From Chiloscyllium plagiosum (Eukaryota), in NCBI RefSeq assembly GCF_004010195.1, contig NC_057719.1:26509537-26573536 (forward strand): a stretch of DNA of 64,000 nucleotides, written 5' to 3'. Positions within the stretch are counted from its first letter, which is position 1, and the number at the start of each line of letters is the position of its first letter. Of the stretch, positions 1 to 12,261 are shown piece after piece. Under the pieces are notes generated by a model. The model saw nothing but the letters and a program-made list of their open reading frames with translations, had not been told where the DNA came from and did not search any database. The position numbers and the translations under genes are program-made.

Positions 1-390
1 ATTTTGTACACTACGTTGGTTTTGCTCATCCTGGGTATCAGGTCCTTTGTCCTGGTGAGTTGTTGTCTGAGAGTGGCTGTTGGTTTGTGTGCTGTTATGA
101 GTCCTAGTGGTCGTAGTAGTCTGGCTGTCAGTTCAGAAATGTTCTTGATGTATGGTAACGTGGCTAGTCCTTTGGGTTGTGGCATGTCCTTATTCCGTTG
201 TCTTTCTCTTGGACATCTGTTGATGAAATTGCAGGGGTACCTGTTTTTGGCAAATACTTTGTAGAGGTGTTCTTCTTCCTCTTTTTGCAGTTCTGGCGTG
301 CTGCAGTGTGTTGTGGCCCTTTTGAACAGTGTCTTGATGCAACTTCTTTTGTGTGTGTTGGGGTGGTTGCTTTCGTAGTTCAGGACTTCC
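1..390 (-). mobile_element. Penelope-like retroelement fragment (RT C-terminus/linker leading into the GIY-YIG domain), cut by the window edge
   Basis: Minus-strand translation reads VLNYESNHPNTHKRSCIKTLFKRATTHCS...LATLPYIKNISELTARLLRPLG...KTNVVYK, typical of the PLE RT thumb/linker. It resembles the PLE at 49878-51495. Confidence 0.8.
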
Positions 391-409
391 TGAATCTCTG
401 AATCCTGAA

Positions 410-433
410 TCTGAATCTCTGTTTCTGCTACAG
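410..433 (+). promoter_or_regulatory. Candidate splice acceptor for the WDR89 coding exon
   Basis: Pyrimidine-rich tctctgtttctgctacAG ends at 433, upstream of the ATG at 578. Not confirmed by transcript data. Confidence 0.45.
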
Positions 434-577
434 AATGCATTTAGCTTTGAGTTGAGGATTTGGAGAACAGAGCCAAAGAATATGTTACTTGGATCCATTT
501 TGGCAAGTTATTTATGTCTGTCTGTTTATCTCATTGAACTTCAGCAAACAGCTAAAGCATAAAAGAAGTGTTCACTC

Positions 578-1744
578 ATGGAGGAGATCGAGCAGTGGTT
601 TAATCACCTGCGCATTGCAAAACGATCCACACAGAAAGCCGAAGAATTAACCTACCTTCTGGATATTGACTGCCTGAAGGTACCCATAGGACAAAGCGGT
701 CAACTTGTTGCAGTTTCATGTTCGAATCATTGTATCCGTGTTTACAATAAACAGACACTGACTCTAGTTCAACAGTTCCAGGGCCACTCTGCTCCTATTA
801 GTGGCATTAGGTTTGCACAAAACACTGGCCATTTGTTATTCTCTGCATCATGTGACGGGACAGTGAAATGTTGGGATGTGCGTTCCTCTAGCACAGACCC
901 AGTTCAAAATTATACAGGTTATCCTAATAACACATTTATCAGCTTTGATATTAGTTGTAATGATTTGGTTATCTGTGCTGGAACAGAAAAGGTTGAAGAA
1001 GATACTTTCTTGGTTTTCTGGGATGCACGCACTGTGACAAACACGGATAGTCATGGAAGTCAGGAACCTCTTGGAGTTTATTCAGAGACTCACAACAATG
1101 ACATCACCCAAGTGCGTTTTCACCCCTCAAATCCCAACATGGTGGCATCGGGGTCGACTGACGGATTGGTCAACATTTTTGACATTAGCCAAGAAACAGA
1201 AGATGATGCCCTTCTTGCAACTTGCAACTCTGATTCCTCAGTCAGCTTCGTTGGGTGGTCTGGGAAAGAGCTGGAACAGATTTTTTGCATGACCTACGAT
1301 GAAGGTTTCTATCTGTGGGACCTTGCCAACCTGCACAATGATGAGCCCATCACACTGGTGAAAACACAGGATGCCCGGGAAAGCTTGAAACTTGACAATG
1401 GCCACCTGGACTACTTGATTGGAGGCTTTTACCATGAAAAAGCTGAAAAGTTGTTTGTACTGGGTGGCACCAGTATGGGGAAGCTTCACTTTTTAACATG
1501 TGATGCCAGCGAGCTTGCACACCTGCACACCCTGCATGACAGACACTCAGCTATAGTTCGTGCTTTTTATTGGGATTCTGAGGATAATTCTCTGTTGACA
1601 TGTGGGGAAGATGCTCAGCTATTTTTATGGAAACCAAATGCCACAGAATTAACTACAGGAAAGAAGACATCAATGAAGCTTCCATCTGATGTGCATAGAA
1701 AAATGAAAGTTCATAGCAAAAACTCTTACCAAAGCAAGAAGTAA
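578..1744 (+). CDS. WDR89: WD repeat-containing protein 89, complete intronless CDS (388 aa)
   Basis: Long intact ORF with WD40 repeats (GHSAPISGIRF..LFSASCDGTVKCWD, HNNDITQVRFHPSNPNMVASGSTDGLVNIFD, HSAIVRAFYWD..LLTCGEDAQLFLWK). Motifs, length, single coding exon and adjacency to PPP2R5E match WDR89. Confidence 0.93.
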   Translation: MEEIEQWFNHLRIAKRSTQKAEELTYLLDIDCLKVPIGQSGQLVAVSCSNHCIRVYNKQTLTLVQQFQGHSAPISGIRFAQNTGHLLFSASCDGTVKCWDVRSSSTDPVQNYTGYPNNTFISFDISCNDLVICAGTEKVEEDTFLVFWDARTVTNTDSHGSQEPLGVYSETHNNDITQVRFHPSNPNMVASGSTDGLVNIFDISQETEDDALLATCNSDSSVSFVGWSGKELEQIFCMTYDEGFYLWDLANLHNDEPITLVKTQDARESLKLDNGHLDYLIGGFYHEKAEKLFVLGGTSMGKLHFLTCDASELAHLHTLHDRHSAIVRAFYWDSEDNSLLTCGEDAQLFLWKPNATELTTGKKTSMKLPSDVHRKMKVHSKNSYQSKK

Positions 1745-2054
1745 GATAAACAGGCAACTCCTCGCACTTGCATACAGCTGAGTTTCATTGAGATTAATTT
1801 CCGTTTTTATAAGAGGAAAAGAATTTTTTCTGTCAGTTAGGAATTCAGTCATTCAACAACGACTAATTGACTCCAGATCTGTGTTGCTTCTAAACAGTGA
1901 GGCTTTAATTGGGGAAACCTAGAAAGTGCAATAACATTCTAAAAAATGGAGCTGGGATTTTTTTGTTGGGATTGGGATTTTATTCGAATGGCTGTAGCTT
2001 TCTTTTATTTTGATTCATTCATCTTTTTTTTTACAACTCAGAAGGTTGGTGCCT

Positions 2055-2126
2055 ATTAAAAGAAAAAAAACGTTTCTGCAAATGTGTTTTGTTGGGATTA
2101 TTTTACTAAGTTACATATAAATTAAA
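2055..2126 (+). terminator. Candidate polyadenylation signals for WDR89 (ATTAAA at 2055 and 2121)
   Basis: Variant hexamers followed by U/GU-rich sequence. No canonical AATAAA was seen nearby. Confidence 0.3.
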
Positions 2127-3249
2127 GAGATGATGCAAGATTTAAAATGCATTTTTTGGTTGAAGAAGACATTGGTGTATTTTCTTTTGTAAATTAGACT
2201 ACTTGTTTGCATTGGACTGGGTTTTTGTGTTCAAATTGCTCTTGTTATGCAAACTTAACACAAACTCTGCACATATCTGCTATATTGTAGGGCAGGCCCT
2301 ATAAATTGAGATTTTTAACTTCACTTTTTAAAACATAACACAACCATTATGGTGCTGATGAAGATTGTTCTGTGTTGGAAGAGGCAAGGTACACTGCTGA
2401 TAGCTTTGAGGAGTGACCAGGGTCATTTTGACTTTGGCTGACTGTGTACAATCAGTACAGCCATACTTATACTTAGTCTTTTTTTAATCTCCGTTGTCTA
2501 AAATACAAATAGTAGGACAATCCATTTCCATAGTTCACTATTATTAGATGCCAAGGCTAGTCAATACAACTTTGAAGAGATCTAGTGTCCATAATTGAAT
2601 GTAGTGCTTCTGATGCCATCTGTCCATGCTTCATAATGTGAGGTGTAACCTCCTCATGTGGAATTCTAACTCCTTTGACACAAAATACTCTTTGGATTTT
2701 TTAACTTGTGCATTAGTTTTAGTATTTAATACAGGAGACGGAGAATCTATTTGGTACCTAGTCTCTTGCTATTTAGAAAATAATCTGATTTGTCTTTCTT
2801 AGATCCAGAGAGAATGACTTCAGTCTTCCCCAGTATTGAATTCCATTTGCCATTCACTTATAGTCTGTCAATGCCCTTAGTAACTTCTTGCTCTTATCCA
2901 CTTAACTTACGATTAAAATGCTATTATTTCAGCCAGAGACCACTCCATTTAAAGATCTGGCACAGAAAGGTTTGAAGAGCAATGCATTCTTGTAAATACT
3001 AGGTGTGCAGTATAGTTTTGTGTGTTCGCTTTTGTAAATTGCTGAATTCTCTCTAGGCTTAGCTTGGACGAAACAGCTAATAATTGAGACATTTGGTCAA
3101 ATTCTATCCCTGGTAAAATGTGAACTTAAAATCTAACAACATGTGTACTGACGCTAAAAAAAAGACTACCTGAGTATTACAATTCCAAACTGGATTGTTA
3201 ATATCCTTCAGTGTAAATAACTTTCCACTCTTCATGATCTGGTCTATTT

Positions 3250-3690
3250 AGAACTTCAGTTCCAAATGCTTGCCACCCAATGACTGGAGGAAGAATGCCT
3301 CATCTTCTGCCTTGGGACCCTCCAACCACACGGAATCAATGTCGATTTCACCAGTTTCCTCAACCCCCCCCCCCCTAACCTTCCAACTCAGCACTGCCTT
3401 TTTGAACTGTCCTACCTGTCCATCTTCCTTCCTGCCTATCTGCTCCACCCTCCACTCTGACCTATCAGCAGCACCCTCCACCTTCATCTACCTATCGCAT
3501 TCCTAGCTACCGCCCCCGCACTCCCCCAGCCTCAACCCCACTCCCATTTATCTCCCAGCCTCCTTGGCCTAAACCCCCCGCACGCATTCCAGATGAAGAG
3601 CTTATGCTCGAAACGTTGACTCTCCTGCTCTTCAGATGAGGCCTGACTGGCGGCCATTTTCCAGGGCCACATTTTTTGACTCCAGATGAC
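3250..3690 (+). mobile_element. PLE 3' end (GIY-YIG C-terminus plus terminal repeat, family A) with a degenerate hammerhead motif
   Basis: Translates LEEECLIFCLGTLQPHGINVDFTSFL (PLE endonuclease C-terminus), then a C-rich tract, then ccagatgaagagcttatgctcgaaacgttg and the family A terminal sequence. Confidence 0.75.
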
Positions 3691-3854
3691 GTGGTTCACT
3701 TGATAGCTTAAGCATACTTCAGAACTTACAGTAAATACTGTCTGACTTGTGTGACCCATATCTTTGGGAAAAAAAGTGTTGCCATATTCTGATTTCAGGG
3801 GTGACAGATATAAAATACAAAATCCAGTCAGTGAGATCATGGTTAACGATTAAA

Positions 3855-4130
3855 GAGGCAGTGGCACGGTGGTTACTCGACTATTAAGCCAGAGACCAAG
3901 ACTAATATTCTAATCATTGTTGTAAGATCCCATTCAGTTCACAAATGCCCTCTGGGGAAAGAAAGTTGCCGTCCTTACCTATTCTGACATACGTGTGACC
4001 TCAGATGCACAGCAATATGCTTGACTCTTAATCAGCTCTCTGCGCCATTTCAGAAGACAGTTCAAGAAAAATTATAGATGGGTGACATATTCTGGCCATG
4101 TCATTAATGTTCATGTACTGAACACAAGAA
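3855..4130 (+). mobile_element. tRNA-derived SINE, family B (unclassified)
   Basis: Shares body and tail with the copies at 7560, 21925, 33300 and 41130. Confidence 0.6.
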
Positions 4131-4132
4131 TG

Positions 4133-4281
4133 CAGAGGAGCCTCGATTATCCAAACGTCGATTGTCCAAATTTCGGATTATCCGAGCAAAGTCGCGACGC
4201 TTGGCTAAACTGTGTTATCCGGACATTCGATTATCCAAACAAACACTCCCCTCCTGTGTTCGGGTAATCGAGGTTCCTCTC
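4133..4281. mobile_element. Tc1/mariner (pogo/Tigger-like) MITE
   Basis: TIRs cagaggagcctcgattatcc / gggtaatcgaggttcctctc, internal repeats of cgattatcc, and TA on the right flank. Confidence 0.7.
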
Positions 4282-4859
4282 TACGTTTTTAAAAATTTTA
4301 CTATTAGAATTGATGTATATTGGTCAGTACAATAGAAAGTAAATGTTGCAGGTTTCAGCTTATAAGGGCCACATTCTACTTACCAAAACTTGCATTAGCA
4401 AGAAGTGTTAACGAAAACTAATTAATTGCCAAAACAGTTGAGTTTGAGCCTAAAGCCTAAAACAAAGCCAGGGGAGTGGTGCTGTAATGCAATTGCCAAT
4501 CCATTCTCTGAGAGCTGCACAGGAAAGATGTCAAAGCAGACCTCTGGTTTCAGAGGATTGAGTGATGAGGAAACGTAACTGAAATGAAGTCTCTAACTTG
4601 GAAAACATTTAAATGACAAAGTTAATTGAGGGCTATAATTTGAGGCCAGAAAATATGCATCCAAATTGGCTTAGTGATTTTTGTATGTAACGAGAACAAA
4701 AAACAGCTAGAGGCTACTTCTAGCAGGTCATCGTTCCATTGACAAATGCTGGGTAGTGGGGATAGATGCTTCTTGCATTGTCCCACTGAATCCAAGTGTC
4801 ATAAGTGGAGCTGGCAGGATGATGCCATCCATCAGTCCTACCTCCCATTACCCTGCACA

Positions 4860-5165
4860 AATTCTGAGATGACTGCAGGGATCATGTTCCCCCTGACCAA
4901 GGGTATCCCAGAACAAGGGGGCACTGCCTTAGGGTACATAGTAAGTCATTTTGAACTGGGAAGAGACTTGTTCACTTCGAAGGTGGTGAACCTGTGGAAT
5001 TCACCACCACAGCAAGCTGTAAAAGATGAAGTCAATTAATATGTTTAAGAAAGCATTAGATTTCTAGAAGCCAAAAGGACATGGGGAGAGTCTGGAAGTT
5101 GGTGTTGAGAGAGAGTATCAGCTATGGTGAATGGCCTACTCCAGCGACTATATTCTATTTTTTTC
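4860..5165 (+). mobile_element. Old CR1 LINE 3' fragment
   Basis: CR1 3' motif (F)TSKVVNLWNSPPQQAV followed by a CR1-like 3' UTR. Confidence 0.65.
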
Positions 5166-5354
5166 TTGCGTAGTGCGGAATCTTGGGTTTGCTATCGGCA
5201 TCATATCAATGCTCTGGAATGTGTCAGTGTGATACTAGGTCCATCATGCAAACATGATAGCAGGACAAAGCTACAAACAATGAGATCCTACATTGTGCTG
5301 GGACCAAGACTATGGAGACTACACTCCAGAACATTCAACCTATCTTCCATATGG

Positions 5355-5581
5355 GAGAAAGTGAGGACTGCAGATGCTGGAGATCAGAGTAAAGAGTGTG
5401 GTGCTGGAAAAGCACAGCCGGTCAGGCAGCATCCGAGGAGCAGGAGAATTGACATTTCAGGCATAAGCCCTTCATCAGCAATGAGGCTCGTTCCCGATGA
5501 AGGGCTTTTGCCCAAAACATCAATTCTCCTGCTCCTCGGATGCTGCCTGACCGGCTGTGCTTTTCCAGCACCACACTCCTG
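5355..5581. mobile_element. Fold-back PLE-derived element (family A) with 92-bp inverted arms and a 12-bp TSD
   Basis: Arms 5394-5485 and 5487-5578 are reverse complements. TSD tcttccatatgg at 5343-5354 and 5582-5593. Each arm carries a hammerhead-like core. Confidence 0.85.
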
Positions 5582-6107
5582 TCTTCCATATGGATGATTA
5601 CAGAATTCCAAGCAGATGATCTATGTAAAACTGTCACAGGGTAAATAAAATCAAGGTGGTTAGTACAAAGGATGGGACCTTGAACCCAGCCTTTCTGGCC
5701 CAGAGAGAGGGGCAGTATGCCTGCACCACAGGAACTCTGCCAACCTGGTTTACAAGAAATGCAAAATTGCTTTCAAATGTGCAGTGTCTAAAATTTGTGA
5801 TTTTGACACTGAGCTACTATCTAAGAATTAATGGCATTTTGTCTTGTGTTATGTTACATTAAAACTTCCCATCATGACTTGGATGTTGCCATATGAACAT
5901 GACAGTAAAAGATTCCTCGACTTAATTGGAACAGACTACAATTATAATTGAAGCAGAAAATGTTCTAAATATAGCAGGAGATGAATCAGTAGTTAAAAGA
6001 CTAAAACAAGTGAACTATTCTGATAGTGTGAATAAAAAAGAAAAGCATCCTGAAAATGCTGGATCTCCAAAATAAAAAGATGATGCTGGAAATATTATTC
6101 CTGTTAG

Positions 6108-6126
6108 TAGCCACTAGATGGCACTA
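6108..6126 (+). promoter_or_regulatory. CTCF-binding motif match
   Basis: tagCCACTAGATGGCACta closely fits the CTCF core consensus CCASYAGRKGGCRS. Confidence 0.55.
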
Positions 6127-6165
6127 ACAATTCTGATGACTGAACAGTCAGTTTATTATGGCGTT

Positions 6166-6360
6166 GTGAGTTGGAGGTGCCAGTATTGGACTGGGGTGGT
6201 CAAAGTTAAAAATCACACAACACCAGGCTATAATCCAACAGATTTATTTGGAAGTACTAGCTTTCGGAGCAGCACAACCACCTGATGAAGGAGCGGCGCT
6301 CTGAAAGCTAGTGCTTCCAAATAAACCTGTTGGACTATAACCTGGTGTTGTGCGATTTTT
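6166..6360. mobile_element. Fold-back PLE-derived element (family B) with a hammerhead motif
   Basis: Inverted arms at about 6208-6270 and 6298-6360. Degenerate 14-bp TSD tttattatggcgtt / tttatcatgacgtt. Related copies at 21360-21480 and 52416-53089. Confidence 0.8.
6279..6313 (+). ncRNA. Minimal type I hammerhead ribozyme motif
   Basis: cac-CUGAUGA-a-ggagc ggc gcucu-GAAA-GCUA-gug. Stem I cac/gug pairs, stem II is a hairpin, and stem III is the palindrome AGCU. Confidence 0.7.
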
Positions 6361-7559
6361 ATCATGACGTTATAGCTGAAAGCTTCTGGAAAACATTTGA
6401 TATATAAAAAAAACTAATGACAGCAAGTTTACACTTTCAGAATATGTATTAATTGTATCAGTCTACACTTCTGGTGCTTTTTATTTCACTTGGATCATCT
6501 ATACTTTGGGATATAATATCCCGTATTCTATTGAAAATATCTGTGGTACTAATGATAGGTGTATCTGTTATTTTTTGTCGTTCAACACTGTACACAGCCC
6601 TGAAAATTAAAAGCAGTGTATGAATTTAAATGAAAATGCCAAATATCTAATTAAAAATTCATCACCAAGTACAGTATCAATTACTTTGTAAAATCTTATG
6701 AATCCAGAGAGACACACCATTTGTTAGAGATAGCAAAGATTAGAAATTGGACCTGGAGACTTCATATCCTAACCTGTACTCACTAGAGAAGGTCGCTGAG
6801 TTAATAGGACAAACCTTGGAGTTCAAAATTTCCAAATTAGATGTTGTGTAAAACACATTGCAGAAAGCCTACTTGTGGATTGTGAAACTGAGGTTTAGTT
6901 CTGCACTGGATAAACTCACTGAACCATCAGTCTGCTTAAGAATCATTTGCAGCTGGTGAACATTTTGAGCTGTTAAACCAGAGGATTGAGGATACATACG
7001 CAGGATATGCAGTTTTGGCATGGTACCAATCAGTTTTGGAGATTAACGCCTCATTTATCAACCCTTGTGATTCAGATGCAATGATTTTTATACAAATTAA
7101 AATGTTTTGTCCTGAAAGTGGACAGTGTCCTGTTCCAGCCACGTATTGTGGATTTTTTGTTTGATTTTGCATGTTAAAAGCAATAATTTCAATAATACAA
7201 TCACTTTGTTGATACAGAAGTTTGGGAAGAATTGGTGCCTCCTGATATGATCTAGCTCAAGGATGAGAGCCAGCAGTGGTTCACTGGCATTGAGAAGTGA
7301 GATTTCTTGTTTGCTTTTTTTGGTGTCTACAGTTACTTTGTTCCCTGATATTTTGTAAAAAGGCAGCAAGAGTAGACATGAGCTCACCAAAAAATTTTGC
7401 TTTGAGTAAGAAGACAGATAATCACATTAAGTAAGTATAATGAAATTATTCTTGAAATATGTTATGCATAATCATGTTAGTAAAAATTTCTTTAAAGCAG
7501 CAAGTTACAACTTTGTCAAAGACAATCACTGGGGCTAGCTGACATTACAGGTTGGTTTT

Positions 7560-7800
7560 TCCAAATTCCTTCCTGGGACATTGGTGACTTTGGACAGGCC
7601 AGCATTTATTGCCCATCCCTAATCACCCAGTGGATAGTTTAGCATTAACCACATTCCTGTCGGGAGTTGCATGTCAGTCAGACCAAGAAATGATGGCAGA
7701 TTTTGTTCCCTAAAGGGCATTAGTGAACCAAAAGGGTTTATGAGGTCATTAACCTTGATTGCGTAGTTACCATTAGGTCATCTTTTTAATGTTTGAGATT
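7560..7800 (-). mobile_element. SINE family B
   Basis: Reverse complement of the gatgggcaataaatgctggcc tail. Confidence 0.6.
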
Positions 7801-7824
7801 CCTTTTGCAGTCCTGTATTAATGG

Positions 7825-8085
7825 GAGTGTTTAGAATCCTTGCAGTGTGGAAAGAGGCCATTTGGCCAATTGAATAGAATGAACTGCCAGAGGAAGTGGT
7901 AGTTGCAGGTACAGTTAGAACATTTAAAAGACATTTGGACAAGTAAATGAATAGGAAAGGTTTAGAAGAATATTAGTGAAATGCAGGCAAATGGGACTGG
8001 TTTAGTTCAGGAAACCTGGTCGGCATGGATGAGTTGGACTGATGGGCCTGTTTCCATGCTATACGGCTGTATGACTGTATGTATG
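7825..8085. mobile_element. CR1 3' fragments
   Basis: gaatgaactgccagaggaagtggt...gggcctgtttccatgcta matches the CR1 3' end seen elsewhere in the window. Confidence 0.7.
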
Positions 8086-8129
8086 TAAGTCTGGACCATG
8101 TCTCCGAAGACCATCCCAGCTGGATCCAC

Positions 8130-8400
8130 CCCCTATTGTATCTCTCAAACACTGCATTTCCCATGGCTAACCCACCCAGCCTGCACATCCCTGGACACTT
8201 TGGGTAATTTATCATGGCCAGTCCACCTAAGCTGCACATCTTTGGGCTCTGGGAGGAAACCGGAGCACCCGGCAGAAACCCAAGCAGATATAAAGAGAAT
8301 GTGCAACCTCAGCAAAAAAATAGCCACCCAAGACTGGAATTTAATCTGGGTCCCTGGTACTGTGAGGCAGGAGTGCTAATTACTGAGGGACTGTGCCACC
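8130..8400 (-). mobile_element. HE1-like tRNA-derived SINE
   Basis: gggaggaaaccggagcacccgg core and A/B-box head on the minus strand. Confidence 0.75.
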
Positions 8401-9274
8401 TGATGCTGTGTCATTGGTTTCCCAGAAGCCATCAGAAGGTGCATTGATCTCAACCTTCCAGCAATAATCTTCATGACTTCCCAGGTGTGGATGTCTATCA
8501 TATTTTGTTCGGTCCTATCTGAATCAGGGTGATCAGCAGTACTGTGCTGTGCATACTGCTACAGTGTAATTGAAAGTACAGAGGTTTATATCCACAGACT
8601 TTATTGTGTAGAGCATTTCTTCCTGCTGGACCAGAGAATGTTTTTACTGAAACATCATAATTTTTTGGGAGGTGCTGCCATCTTGACATCCTGCTCACCT
8701 TCCTTTCCTAGAGGGGTTGTGGTAGGACACCTCTGCAGGCAGTCTGATTGGGTCTACATTCCCTTTGATTGGGTCTGCAGCCTCAGAAACCACCTGCCAC
8801 CGTCAGTTGGACAGTGGATGCAAAGGCAGCCAAGCGGACTTTGCCAGTTGGCACCTCCCAAATGATTATGTGTGTTCCAGCTGCTGAAAGTATTCAATCT
8901 GTACCTGATTCTTCCCACTGTGTGCAATGTTTTGGGAAAGCCTACAGTTAAATTCATGCTCAATAGCATGTCAAAATGGACAGAAATTTCCCACAAATTT
9001 AGTGCTCAGACAAATCTCTCAGAAAGCAAATAATCAAAAGCACAACAACCTGCCATGTATAAAATACAAATTGTTAGATTAGATGCAACTTCTTTATCTC
9101 CTTTCTTCATAATTACCCAAGCTCTGAGTCAAAAGAGGTGAGTACCCTGCAAAATCTTCTCGACCAAAACACTAAAAGGATAGTGCTCCATGGATTTCTC
9201 CTGCTTTTCATTATGCCATTTTCCCATTTCATGAAGAAAGGCTGTCCTTTTCTGATTATAATACAGTAATTTGT

Positions 9275-9482
9275 AACAAAAACAGAAATTGCTGGAAAAT
9301 CTCAGCAGGTGTGGTAGCATCTGTGGAGTGAAAGCAGAGTTAGTGTTTCGGGTCCAGTGACACTTCTTCCAAATCAATTTCACTCCACAGATGCTGCCAG
9401 ACCTACTGAGATTTTCCGGCAATTTCTCTGTTTTTATTTCTGATTTCCAGCAACCGTAGTTCATTTGGGTGTTTTTTTTCCC
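9275..9482. mobile_element. Fold-back PLE-derived element (family C) with a decayed hammerhead on the minus strand
   Basis: Arms at about 9275-9333 and 9378-9438. The loop reads (-) gaagaagtgtcactggacccgaaac. Degenerate TSD cagtaatttgtaa / cagcagtttataa. Relatives at 9650, 40315, 43480 and 59755. Confidence 0.75.
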
Positions 9483-10751
9483 CAGCAGTTTATAAGTTGG
9501 TGGAGAATATTATTGTCTTATGAATGTAGAGCAAACTATTAGGTAGTTTAGAAAGTCTCTTTTTTTAGGAATTTGAGGTTTTCAGAATTGAGAACTACAT
9601 CTGAATTTTAAGTAAAAATATGCTAAGTTGCCAGTTGTATATAAAAAAAGCAAAATTCTGCAGCTGTTGGAAATGTGAAAATGATCAGATGAAAAACTGG
9701 TGTTGACTTTGTGGAAAGAGAAACAGATGTTGCCTGACCTTTGTGTTTTTATAGCATTTTATGCTTACATTGTTAATAAAAAAAATTGCATTATCCTTTT
9801 ATGAAGAATTGATTGAAGAAGCTCCATGTAATTGTGTATCAGAAAACTTTACAAATGAAGGTAGGAAGTAGAAATATAAAACCCAAATGACTAGCATCAA
9901 ATGCACAATCATACAGAAATAGAAGTGAGTAAAAAGAATGGAGATACATATTGAAAAATTTAAATAAGCTTATCTAATGAGATGTGAGCCAGCAATAACT
10001 GCTACCAGGAAGTTTCAATAAGCTATATCACCCTCGAATAAATTATGCTAAAATACTTATTATGCATTGACGATAGGAGCCTCACACAGAAACATAAAGC
10101 ATTTACTATGTTTCTGCAGAAGCAGATGTCCTTGAATTAATCTGAATTTCACTGACTAGACAGGCACATATTAGCTAAACGGATGCAATTATTTGATAGG
10201 AAGGAAATACTGAAATGCATCAGCTGGCCATCTATCTCCCAATTCCAGTAACAGATGCATACATGACATTCACTGTCTGCTAAGAAGTTTGAGGATACAT
10301 ACTGGTCCAACAAATGGATGAGTTCTCACTACCTTATAAAATGAGCTAAGCTTTACATGAATAGACAGGCTACCTGCATCTGACCTTTGAGTCTGAAACA
10401 AATGTGATAAAGTGACAGATGGAAGAAACTCACCATTGCATTTGCTCCCGGCTGAACTTGAGTTTGGAAGAACTGTCTGGGTTAAAGAAAAATACATGAC
10501 TGAGACTACAAACTGCTATCAACAAAAACTGAAGAAGCTTTTAAGAATTGATCCATGTACTTTGTGATTCAAATGACTACAGGCATAATATTAAATATTC
10601 ATATAACTATTACTGATAGAACCAAATGGAAGCTAATGCTACTGTTTACATTGCCTGAATATGCTTTGATAGTTTACTTGTGCATTAAAAGTTATCATGT
10701 TAAAGTAAACAAACAATAGTTTGCATCAATAGTTCTACACATGGTGAAAAC

Positions 10752-10873
10752 TAGGCGAAAGTGAGGACTGCAGATGCTGGAGATTAGAGTCGAGAGTGTG
10801 CTGCTGGAAAAGCACAGCAGGACAGGCAGCATCCGAGGAGCAGGATGAAGGGCTTTTGCCTTTCACGCTCTCA
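10752..10873. mobile_element. Collapsed family A fold-back element
   Basis: Starts with gaaagtgaggactgcagatgctgg and includes gatgaagggcttttgcc. TSD acatggtgaaaac (10739-10751) / acatggtaaaac (10874-10885). Confidence 0.75.
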
Positions 10874-12261
10874 ACATGGTAAAACATATTAACACTATGT
10901 TCTACCAAATGGAGATTATTATTCAGTTTAAAAGTCTAACAAGACTTGAGTGGAATTCTGGCAGGCTATTAAATTTAATGCCCAGTTAATTCAATCAGTC
11001 ACTGTAATAAATGGATTAATATTGTTGCAAAGAATCATTATGTTGATTTGATCACTCTGTATGGCATACAGATCAGTCATTTGTACAGACTGGACCCTCA
11101 AATGGCTCACGGTTTAATTATGGGCATTTCTATCTGATGATTGTACTGTTGCAAAACTTATTGTTACTCATTATGCTCACTGGAACAATTTGTATTTAAA
11201 TAAAATTATTCCTCGAGATCATTAAGTGGCAAATAGAGTTAGAAAATATGCTTAAAATGTTAACCACATACTTAGTGTGAATATTTTTGCCCTACAGTGT
11301 GATAAAATATTTGAAGGTTATGTGAAAAGAAGTACTCCAGAGTGATAATACCATTATTATAATTAATTGCATTATGAAACTTTACCTATTTATAGAGGAA
11401 CCCCACAATGATGTAATCTGTCTAATTGTATTTAATGGACAGTTTCACACAAAACTATATTGAATTTACAGGACAGAAACAAGCCATTCAGCCTACTGGT
11501 CTGTACGGGTTTTTAAAGCTGCATGGAAGCTTCCTCTGACTTTATTTCATAATACCCTCTCTTCATATACTTTTGTTCTTTTCTCCATTATATAGTTGTC
11601 TAGTTTCCCCTTAAAAGCAGCTATATATTTGACCCAGCTGGTATAGCAGGTTCCACTCATAAATCTAGTTGATATTTCAACATACAGTGACAGTCTTCTA
11701 TTTATAGCCCCTAATTTTGAACTGTATCTCAAGTGGAAACCTCAATGTCTATCATAAGAAATGTTAACATTTCAAAATGAAACCTTTGTTCCTTGACAGT
11801 GTTTTATTACTCTGGCACTGCTCTGAGCATGAAAGCCAACTTTAACAGGCCTACTAGTATCCCAGTTGAGGTCAGCTAACATAGCAGAGACTGAGCATTT
11901 TTGCTTTATGATGCAGAACCTTCATTTGGCAGAAATACCTACCAGCAGATTACAGGCCAGGAAATAGTGCATAAGAGAATTTCATTGGCTCGCTGTTCAT
12001 TATGTGCTTTTTTTATTGTTCCGTATCAATGGTATTAATCATGCCTGCAGTTAGTCTGCAACAGCTGAATTAGTCCTCAATTTTATGTAACTCAAGATTC
12101 TGGTGAATTGTGTGCAATGTATTCAGGTTTCCAAGATTAAGCATTGTGGATTGCTGTACTTTTCAAATAGAAACATGATTTTTTTTCTAAAATATGATCT
12201 TGCGTTGATCATTTATCTCACTTTGTTTTGGAGGTGGGCAAAATATAATGAGGGAGATTTC

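Noticed and set aside
5124..5637. Mirror ORFs on both strands (ECGAGKAQPVRQHPRSRRID)
   Set aside because: They are a by-product of the palindromic repeat and not protein-coding.
6131..6151. ctgatgactgaacagtcag, a CUGAUGA plus hairpin
   Set aside because: There is no GAAA box after the hairpin, so it is probably a chance match.
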